Source of the DNA: a virus
Virus record (IMG/VR): IMGVR_UViG_3300010373_000042
Coordinates: 7,573 to 71,572 of that record
Strand: one strand, 5' to 3'
DNA length: 64,000 nucleotides
The position numbers and the translations under genes were made by a program. Below, piece by piece: positions 47,831 to 54,995 of the stretch; positions within the stretch are counted from its first letter, which is position 1; each line of letters starts with the position of its first letter. The notes under the pieces were generated by a model, which was given only the letters and a program-made list of their open reading frames with translations, did no database searches and was not told the DNA's origin.

Positions 47831-48873
47831 TGCCCAGGATCAAACCCCCGCGCTCCCAGGAACAGCCGGCCGCCGACCTGATCGAAGACAACGCGCCGCC
47901 GACCGAAGATATCGAGATCGTACTCGCGCCGGATGACGAGCCGGTCGAGATTGAGCTTGCGCCAGCGCCTGTCGAACCGCAGCCGAGGTCGACCCCGGCC
48001 CCTACGGATGATGACGCGCTGGTCCGTGCAGCGGAAGCGACACGCCGTGCCGAGGACTTGCAGCGGCGCAATGCCGAGTTGGAGCGACAAAACCGGGATC
48101 GCGACGAGGAACTGGCCCGCGAGCGCGGCCGCGGCGACGAGGCCGAATACAACTCGGTCCTGACCGCGATCGCGGCGGAGCAGGGCGCGCTGAGCAAGGC
48201 CAAGTCCGATTATACCACCGCGGCCGCTGCAAGCGACTGGGCCGCCGCCGGCGAGGCGCAGGAGGCGATCGCGGCCGCGCGCGGCCGGCTCGACCGCCTC
48301 GAGGACGGTAAACAGGCATTCGAATCCCGTCGAGAAACCCGGGGCACCGAGCCGCGCCCCGCCGCGCCCCAAACGCTGGATTTCGAGCAGAAAATCACGG
48401 CGCTGCCGGACACCGCCAAGCAATGGCTGCGCAAGCATCCGGAGTTCATCAACGACGAAGCGCTGAACCGCAAGATTGGCGCCACCCACAATTATCTGGT
48501 GGATAACAAGGGCGTCGCCGCCTTCACCCCGGCCTATTTCGACGCGCTTGATGCCGAATTTGGCTTCAAGGGCGCCAGCGATCCTGATCCCCAACCGCAG
48601 CCTCAGGCCCAACCTCAGGCCCAACTACAACGAAGGAGCATTCCCATGTCGGCCCCGGTTTCCCGTGACGTCCCGACGGCTTCCGGCCAGCGGCAGTCGG
48701 ACAACAAGATGACCCTGACCCCGAAGGAGCGAGAAATCGCGCGGCTGTCGATTCCGGACACGCCCGGGCTGCCGAAGCTGTCGAATGCGGAGAAGGAACT
48801 GATGTACGCCAAGAACAAGGCGCGACTCAACACCATGAAGGCCAACGGCACCTATTCGGAGCGCAGGGAATGA
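47830..48873 (+). CDS. capsid scaffolding protein
   Basis: Acidic N-terminus, coiled coil, W..KHP, C-terminal LTPKEREIA...YAKNK. Confidence 0.7.
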   Translation: MPRIKPPRSQEQPAADLIEDNAPPTEDIEIVLAPDDEPVEIELAPAPVEPQPRSTPAPTDDDALVRAAEATRRAEDLQRRNAELERQNRDRDEELARERGRGDEAEYNSVLTAIAAEQGALSKAKSDYTTAAAASDWAAAGEAQEAIAAARGRLDRLEDGKQAFESRRETRGTEPRPAAPQTLDFEQKITALPDTAKQWLRKHPEFINDEALNRKIGATHNYLVDNKGVAAFTPAYFDALDAEFGFKGASDPDPQPQPQAQPQAQLQRRSIPMSAPVSRDVPTASGQRQSDNKMTLTPKEREIARLSIPDTPGLPKLSNAEKELMYAKNKARLNTMKANGTYSERRE

Positions 48874-49496
48874 GCGAAGCAGCGAAGACCGAGACGACCA
48901 AGCGCAAGGGCGGATGGCCCGCCGGCAAGCCGCGCACCAAGCGCGAGGCGCCGAGCCCCGTTGCGGTGATTGCCGCTGCTGACCGCGCCGTGAAGCCACC
49001 GGCGAAGAATCCTATGCTTGCCAAGATGAAGGCGCGGCCAAACTGGGACAGCGACGATTTCGTGGGCGTTGGCCTCGAAGGATCCGACCGGCTGCACATC
49101 CCGAAGGAACTGGTGGATTCGTTGTGGCGCGACGGCATTGCGCTGCAATGGGCGACCAAGTCTGTCCGCGGCATGGAAACGCCGCAGGAAATGGCCAAGA
49201 TGACCCGCGGCGGCTGGACCCCGGTCCACCAGTCCGACTTCGACGGCTTGCTCGACGGCATGTTCATGTCGAAGGGCATCGACGAGCCGATCGTGGTCGA
49301 CGACTGCATTCTGGTCGCGCGCCCGGCAGAAATTCAGAAGAAGGCGAAGCGGGCGATGGATCGGGACGCCACCATGCCGCTGCAGATCACCGAGGAACAG
49401 ATCGGCCACGGCATTCCCGGCGTCACCGGCAGCGGCCACAAGAGCGTCAAGAACACCATCAACCGGACCCTGGAGCGGGTGGAGATTCCGGATTGA
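48870..49496 (+). CDS. hypothetical head-module protein
   Basis: LQW...GWTPV...ILVARP motifs; position before capsid genes. Confidence 0.6.
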   Translation: MSEAAKTETTKRKGGWPAGKPRTKREAPSPVAVIAAADRAVKPPAKNPMLAKMKARPNWDSDDFVGVGLEGSDRLHIPKELVDSLWRDGIALQWATKSVRGMETPQEMAKMTRGGWTPVHQSDFDGLLDGMFMSKGIDEPIVVDDCILVARPAEIQKKAKRAMDRDATMPLQITEEQIGHGIPGVTGSGHKSVKNTINRTLERVEIPD

Positions 49497-49511
49497 TCGG
49501 CTGGGAGGGTA

Positions 49512-49540
49512 TTGCAATCGACCAAGAAATGAACTAAGGG
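49512..49540 (+). promoter_or_regulatory. candidate capsid-operon promoter
   Basis: TTGCAA-17bp-TAAGGG followed by hairpin-rich leader. Confidence 0.45.
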
Positions 49541-49653
49541 TCACAAGAACAGGACCGCGCCGGTCCTAAGCATACCCTCCGCGCGCCGTGGAGGCTCAGG
49601 TGATGACCAATCGCGAATAGTCGCGTGCGGTTGCCATTTCAGGAGCCTTCACC

Positions 49654-50343
49654 GTGTCAAACACCCTCGCATCTCCCACCATGGGCTTCCAGTCCTTCGG
49701 CCGTGCCGAAGGTGGATCGCCGACCGCCGGCCTGACCGGCGTATGGATCGCATCAACCGATGCCGGCCTGCTGTTCCGTGGCGACCCCTGCGTCACGTCG
49801 AGCAACGGCGGCACCAACAACTCCGGCGCCTACATCACGTCGCTGAACACCAACTCGTTCACCGGCGGCGGCGTTCTGGTCCGCGGCATCTTCCAGGGCT
49901 GCTACCAGTACCAGCCCAGCGTCCAGCGCGTGGTCTGGAGCAATTTCTACAACGGATCGGTCACCGGTTCGACGCAGGACATCAAGGCCTACGTCATCGA
50001 CGATCCCGACCAGCAGTTCATCGTGCAGGCCTCGACCAAGGCGACGATCACCTCGTCCTATGTCGGCCTGAACATCTCGGTCACCGCCAACACCACGACC
50101 GGCAATACCTTGACCGGATACTCGAACGTGACGGTGGAATCGACGTCGACCACCAACGCCTCGTCCTATCCCTTCCGCATCGTCGACTTCTACTCGGCTG
50201 ATGCACCTCCGGGCGGCCTGCAGGGCCCCGCGATCGGCACCAACGCTTTCGTCAACGGCACGGACAACACCAGCGTGGCGAACATCCTCATCGTCCGTCT
50301 CAACAACTGCGACCGTCTGAATTTGACGGCGCGTAGCTCGTAA
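49654..50343 (+). CDS. capsid cement/decoration protein
   Basis: LFRGDP...GIFQGCYQY...AYVIDDPDQQFIVQ; immediately upstream of MCP. Confidence 0.7.
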   Translation: MSNTLASPTMGFQSFGRAEGGSPTAGLTGVWIASTDAGLLFRGDPCVTSSNGGTNNSGAYITSLNTNSFTGGGVLVRGIFQGCYQYQPSVQRVVWSNFYNGSVTGSTQDIKAYVIDDPDQQFIVQASTKATITSSYVGLNISVTANTTTGNTLTGYSNVTVESTSTTNASSYPFRIVDFYSADAPPGGLQGPAIGTNAFVNGTDNTSVANILIVRLNNCDRLNLTARSS

Positions 50344-50356
50344 GGGGGACACGTAG

Positions 50357-51271
50357 ATGCCCGTTTCACTCGCACAAGAAAAAGACCTCCTTCTCCCCGG
50401 ACTCTGGGGTATCGACGGCCGCTATCCGATGATCGAGCGGCAGTGGCCGCAGATCTTCAAGCAGGTCGATTCCCAGATGGCGCTGGAGCGCCGCGCCTCC
50501 ATGCGGTTCTTGGGCTATGCCCAGCTCAAGAACGAAGGCGGCGTATCGGCAACCGACAACAACGCCGGCCAGCGCTACATCTACAACGCCCAGCACTTCG
50601 AAATCGCGCTGATGTACGCGATCACGCGGCCGGCGATCGACGACAATCTGTACAAGGCGGAGTTCGGCCCGAACAACGACGGCCTGATGGAAGCGTTCAA
50701 GGAGACCGAGGAGGTCTACGCCGCCAACATCATCAACAACGCCACCGTGTTCAACACCTCGGTGCAGGGCGATGGCGTGTCGCTGATCAACACCGCGCAT
50801 CCGATCGACGGCAATACCATCGCCAACCAGCCGTCGCCGGACGTCTCGCTGAACGAAACCTCGCTGCTCAATGCCGCGATCACCATCCGCTCGACCTGGA
50901 AGAACAACGCTGGCCTGAAGATCCATGCCCGCGGCCAGAAGCTGATCGTGCCCGCCAACCTCGAGCCGATCGCCGCCCGGCTGTTCCGCAGCGAATTGCG
51001 GGTCGGCACCGGCAACAACGACATCAATGCGGTCCGGGAAATGGAGCAGTCCTTCAAGGACGGCTACATGGTCTACGACTACCTGACGTCGTCATTCGCG
51101 TGGTTCGTTCTGACCAATCATCCCGGCCTGGTGTTCTTCAACCGCAAGCCGTTCGAGACCGATATGAGCGTCGAGTTCTCGACCGACAACCTCTTGGTGA
51201 AGGGCTACCAGCGCTATGTGCCCAGCTACTACGACTGGCGCCATATCTGGGGCACGTTCCCGACCTCGTGA
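50357..51271 (+). CDS. major capsid protein
   Basis: LLLPGL...LKNEG...YAIT..AIDDNLY...GDGVSL...HP...KLIVP..L...YL...AWFV. Confidence 0.88.
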   Translation: MPVSLAQEKDLLLPGLWGIDGRYPMIERQWPQIFKQVDSQMALERRASMRFLGYAQLKNEGGVSATDNNAGQRYIYNAQHFEIALMYAITRPAIDDNLYKAEFGPNNDGLMEAFKETEEVYAANIINNATVFNTSVQGDGVSLINTAHPIDGNTIANQPSPDVSLNETSLLNAAITIRSTWKNNAGLKIHARGQKLIVPANLEPIAARLFRSELRVGTGNNDINAVREMEQSFKDGYMVYDYLTSSFAWFVLTNHPGLVFFNRKPFETDMSVEFSTDNLLVKGYQRYVPSYYDWRHIWGTFPTS

Positions 51272-51289
51272 TGGCGGAGAAATAGACAC

Positions 51290-52270
51290 ATGACCATCAC
51301 CGCACTTTCCGGTCCGGTTGTCCAGTTTGGCATCACCACCACCTCAAGCGGTGGTGGCCTGACCGGGCTCGACACGGAGCACAACAGCCAGCGGGCACCG
51401 ATGGTGGCCGACCTCGGCGATTCCATGATGGATCCCCGAGTATCGTACAATTATGACCCCGGCTCCGGCGTTACCGCCAAGACCTTTGCGTTCTACAACA
51501 ACGTCGGCGTGGTCGATTATGTCCCGACCACGCTGAATGCGAGCGCCTTCGTCTCGGCGACGGTCGTGGCCACCGGCGTGACCGGCGCCTTTCCGCTGAA
51601 TGCGGCATCGTCCGCTGGCGGCACCTATTCCACCACCATTATCGCCCCGGAAACCTATACGGCCACCGGAACGCTGCTCGCGATCGATTCCACGGCCGCC
51701 TACCTGCCGATGGGCAGTGACGGAACGGTCGCCTTGTGGAATCCGGGCGCCGGCACCGGCCGCAACATCACGATCAAACTGTCCACTACCGGTGACGCCG
51801 GGACCTATTCGGTAGCCGGCCGCGATATGTACGGCTTCAAGATGACCGAGACCATCACGGCCGGCGGCGCGACCACCCTGGCGGGTAAGAAGGCCTTCAA
51901 ATACATCTCGTCGATCACCAATTGCACTACGCCGGTTTCGACCGGCATCAGCATCGGGTTTGGCGACGTCTACGGCCTGCCGTTTTACTCGCCCTATGCG
52001 GGCCTGAATACGCTGATTGCCCTGTCTTCGGCGGCCAGCGTTTCCGCGACCATCGTGCCCTCGACCGCGAACTTCAATGCGGCATTGGCTTCTACCGCCA
52101 CCGCGACCTCGACCACCGCCGATGTCCGCGGCACGTTCGCATCCACCACCGCGAGCAACGGAACCACCCGTCTGCAGATCGTCGTGACGCCCGCAGCTTC
52201 CGCAATCGCCGCGATTACCTCGACCAATGTGGCTCCCTTGTTCGGCGCCACGCAATTTTCCTCGGTCTAA
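51290..52270 (+). CDS. Ser/Thr/Ala-rich virion protein
   Basis: TALSGPV start, GRDMYG..MTETIT...GKKAFKYI, DVRGT. Confidence 0.7.
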   Translation: MTITALSGPVVQFGITTTSSGGGLTGLDTEHNSQRAPMVADLGDSMMDPRVSYNYDPGSGVTAKTFAFYNNVGVVDYVPTTLNASAFVSATVVATGVTGAFPLNAASSAGGTYSTTIIAPETYTATGTLLAIDSTAAYLPMGSDGTVALWNPGAGTGRNITIKLSTTGDAGTYSVAGRDMYGFKMTETITAGGATTLAGKKAFKYISSITNCTTPVSTGISIGFGDVYGLPFYSPYAGLNTLIALSSAASVSATIVPSTANFNAALASTATATSTTADVRGTFASTTASNGTTRLQIVVTPAASAIAAITSTNVAPLFGATQFSSV

Positions 52271-52282
52271 AGGAGCCGAACC

Positions 52283-52519
52283 ATGAGCCATCACAAGCAC
52301 CACATGAAGCACAAGAAGGCCCGCGGCGGCTCGATGTCCGGGCGCGATGACTATGCGGGCAGCGGCGAGCCGGACGTCATCAAGGATGCCGAGAAGAAGA
52401 AGCACGGCGGCGGCGTCCACGTCGGCAAGGTGCACGGCCACAAGGGCAAGCATCGGGTCAAGAAAGCTCGCGGGGGTAGCTGCGATGCAAACCCTTTCTC
52501 GAGCGCTCACCGGGGCTAG
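52283..52519 (+). CDS. small basic head protein with KARGG motifs
   Basis: AAGGAG RBS; ends NPFSSAHRG. Confidence 0.7.
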   Translation: MSHHKHHMKHKKARGGSMSGRDDYAGSGEPDVIKDAEKKKHGGGVHVGKVHGHKGKHRVKKARGGSCDANPFSSAHRG

Positions 52520-52716
52520 AACGCGCCTCTGGTGGTAAGGCGGGCCACTGGATTTCCGGAGCGATCAAGCATCCCGGTGCGCTGCATCGGGCTTTGCACG
52601 TTCCTGAGGGCGAGAAGATCCCCGCGGCCAAAATGGCCAAGGCGTCGCATTCCGATAATCCGCGCGTCCGACGCATGGCCGGTCTCGCGAAGACGCTGAA
52701 GGGGATGCATCGCTAA
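52498..52716 (+). CDS. start-less -1 frame ORF (probable frameshift extension)
   Basis: LERSPGLERASGGKAGHWISGAIKHPGALHRALHVPEGEKIP...; stop overlaps next ATG (TAATG). Confidence 0.6.
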   Translation, partial: LERSPGLERASGGKAGHWISGAIKHPGALHRALHVPEGEKIPAAKMAKASHSDNPRVRRMAGLAKTLKGMHR

Positions 52717-53072
52717 TGCCCAACCCGCAATACGTCACACTGACATCGACCGGCACCTCGGCAACGATTGCCCTCGACTACCGTCAGAAGGGACCGTTCA
52801 ACGCGTCCGTTGCGGTCACGGGATCGACGTCCGGAACCTTCACGTACACTGTCCAGTACACGCTTGATGACAAGCAGTTCCTGGCCAATCTTGGTCCGCA
52901 GCTCGGATCATCCCTGAGCAGCCGGACGCCAGTGTTCTTCTCCGACGCCAACCTTGCTGCTGTGAGCTCCAACGGCACCTCCAATTACATGTTTCCGGTA
53001 GCTGGAGTGAATTTGCTGTTGTCGGCGGTCTCCTCTGCCGCAGTGACGATGTGTGTCATCCAGGGAGGCTAA
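52716..53072 (+). CDS. putative virion protein
   Basis: YTVQYTLDD...FPVAG pattern; S/T-rich. Confidence 0.65.
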   Translation: MPNPQYVTLTSTGTSATIALDYRQKGPFNASVAVTGSTSGTFTYTVQYTLDDKQFLANLGPQLGSSLSSRTPVFFSDANLAAVSSNGTSNYMFPVAGVNLLLSAVSSAAVTMCVIQGG

Positions 53073-53075
53073 TCT

Positions 53076-53540
53076 GTGGCCCCCGTTCAACTCGTAGGCA
53101 TCGGCGTCACGATCCCATCTGTTGGCGTTTCACTCACTCCCACGACGTCCCAGTTGCCGTGGGGAGGGGAGAGTCTGCGTGGTATCGGCGTTTCGCTTGG
53201 TTCAGCGGCACTGACGCTCTCAAATGCAACGGTGAACTCCGGATCTAGCATCGGGACAGTTATAGGGGACTTCTCCGTCGTAAATGGTTCTACGAGACCA
53301 TACACGTTCTCGCTTACTGCAGGAACCAGTCTATTCACGATCAGCGGATCGACGTTGGAAGTGAATGCTGCCCTGAGCGTCGGATCAGTCGCGATCACGG
53401 CGCAGGCGAGTGATACCGGCACGTCGATCATTTCAGGTCCTTTCCTGATCACCATCACGTCCTCTTCGTCATCAGGCACCAACGGGCCGATGGACTTCAG
53501 CGTTCCCGGAAATATTGGAATCACCGCAGCTCTCCCATGA
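53076..53540 (+). CDS. Ig/cadherin-like virion protein
   Basis: LSNATV...GTVIG...YTFSL...FTISG.TL...AQASD. Confidence 0.55.
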   Translation: MAPVQLVGIGVTIPSVGVSLTPTTSQLPWGGESLRGIGVSLGSAALTLSNATVNSGSSIGTVIGDFSVVNGSTRPYTFSLTAGTSLFTISGSTLEVNAALSVGSVAITAQASDTGTSIISGPFLITITSSSSSGTNGPMDFSVPGNIGITAALP

Positions 53541-53548
53541 GGACAATC

Positions 53549-54235
53549 ATGCGCAAATATCTGCTAATCGCCCTTTCGCTGCTGCTGACCACTCCCGCGA
53601 TGGCGGACTGGACGGGCAAGGATGCCTCCGGGGCGACGATCACATTCAAGAACGCAAATACATGCTCGAGCGTCGTCTGCGTGCCGGTCGCGGAACCAGT
53701 AGACAGCACAGGTGCGGCGTTCGGTGTCAGCGGCAACCCCTTCTTCATCAGTGTTGCATCATTACCGCTACCCAGCGGCGCGGCGACCGCAGCCAATCAG
53801 TCTACGGAAATTACGTCTCTGGCGACGATCGCCACCAATACCGGCGCGGCAATACCGGCTGGTACAGCCACCATCGGCAATACCGGGACAGACCCGTCCT
53901 CTGGCAAGGCAACGCCCACCTTCGCCTTCCTGGCGCTCCCGCAGACCACCACGACCCAGATGATCGCGTTGAGCGGAACCAAGGTCACCTACGTCACATC
54001 GCTGCATTTCATGGCGAGCGGCGCGGTGAACGTGACGCTGAAATACGGCACCGGCACCAATTGTGGGACGGGCACGACCACGCTTGACGGTCCTTTCCCG
54101 CTTGCAGCACAGGCCGGCATGGCGATCGGCTCTGGAACCGGGGCCATCTTGATTGTCCCGGCCGGACAAGAACTCTGTGTCACCACGGACGCGAATATGT
54201 CCGGCACCGTTGGCGCAACCTATCAGCAGTTCTGA
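53549..54235 (+). CDS. signal-peptide-bearing fibre-like protein
   Basis: MRKYLLIALSLLLTTPAMA signal; LPSGAATAANQ; Cys pairs. Confidence 0.65.
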   Translation: MRKYLLIALSLLLTTPAMADWTGKDASGATITFKNANTCSSVVCVPVAEPVDSTGAAFGVSGNPFFISVASLPLPSGAATAANQSTEITSLATIATNTGAAIPAGTATIGNTGTDPSSGKATPTFAFLALPQTTTTQMIALSGTKVTYVTSLHFMASGAVNVTLKYGTGTNCGTGTTTLDGPFPLAAQAGMAIGSGTGAILIVPAGQELCVTTDANMSGTVGATYQQF

Positions 54236-54245
54236 GGGCTGTCCG

Positions 54246-54995
54246 ATGCTTAGGATTTTCCTAGCGCTGTGGCTGGCGATCACACCCGTGTTCGCATGGG
54301 CTGGATCCATGACGATGATGGGGGTTGGTGCGCCGCCTACCTCGGGCCCCGCGTTCTCGCTAACCTTTCAAAGCTCCAATGGTCTGAATAGCACTGCGTC
54401 CAGCGTTACGTACAACGCCGGCTCTCCGATGACGTATGGGGCCGGAAACACAAGAGTTGTGATCGGAGTAAGTTGGGCAAACGATAACGTCCACAACATC
54501 ACGATTTCCAGCATTACAGTTGGCTCAACGTCGTTCACGCAAGTCCCCGGTGCGTATGTCAGTGCTTCGGTAAATACCGGCGGTTCTGACATCTGGATAT
54601 CGAACTCTCCGATCGCCGGTTCGTCTGGAGTCGTCACTGTCAATTTCTCGAATGCCCTCGGAAATGCGACCTCGGTTGCACTATACAATTTACAGACCGC
54701 GACTCCGGCTGCTTTCGCAGGCAGCAATTTCACAGTGTTTAATGCTACTTCCGGAAGCGGTTCGATCTCAGTTCCGCCCGGAGGGGCTGGCATAGCTATT
54801 ACTTCGGATCAGGGTTTCTCGGGCTTGGGTGGATCATTCACGGCCGGCATCACGCAAGATTTTAATATAGCTTACGGAGCCTTCAGCACCCCGTTCTTTG
54901 GAGGACATACTACATCAACCGGCAGCGTTACCGTTACGGCGACTTTCTCGGGGGCAGCGGGCGCTCCCGTTTCAATGGCGTCGTGGGGGCCATGA
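54246..54995 (+). CDS. signal-peptide-bearing beta-rich protein
   Basis: MLRIFLALWLAITPVFAWA signal; lower-GC codon usage. Confidence 0.65.
   Translation: MLRIFLALWLAITPVFAWAGSMTMMGVGAPPTSGPAFSLTFQSSNGLNSTASSVTYNAGSPMTYGAGNTRVVIGVSWANDNVHNITISSITVGSTSFTQVPGAYVSASVNTGGSDIWISNSPIAGSSGVVTVNFSNALGNATSVALYNLQTATPAAFAGSNFTVFNATSGSGSISVPPGGAGIAITSDQGFSGLGGSFTAGITQDFNIAYGAFSTPFFGGHTTSTGSVTVTATFSGAAGAPVSMASWGP

Noticed and set aside
48590-48625. CCTCAGGCCCAA tandem repeat
   Set aside because: Encodes a simple Q/P linker in the scaffold
10119-52510. Many long antisense or alternate-frame ORFs (e.g. 10119-11459, 24609-26117, 42484-43488, 51344-52510)
   Set aside because: Expected shadows of high-GC coding sequence; no motifs or RBS
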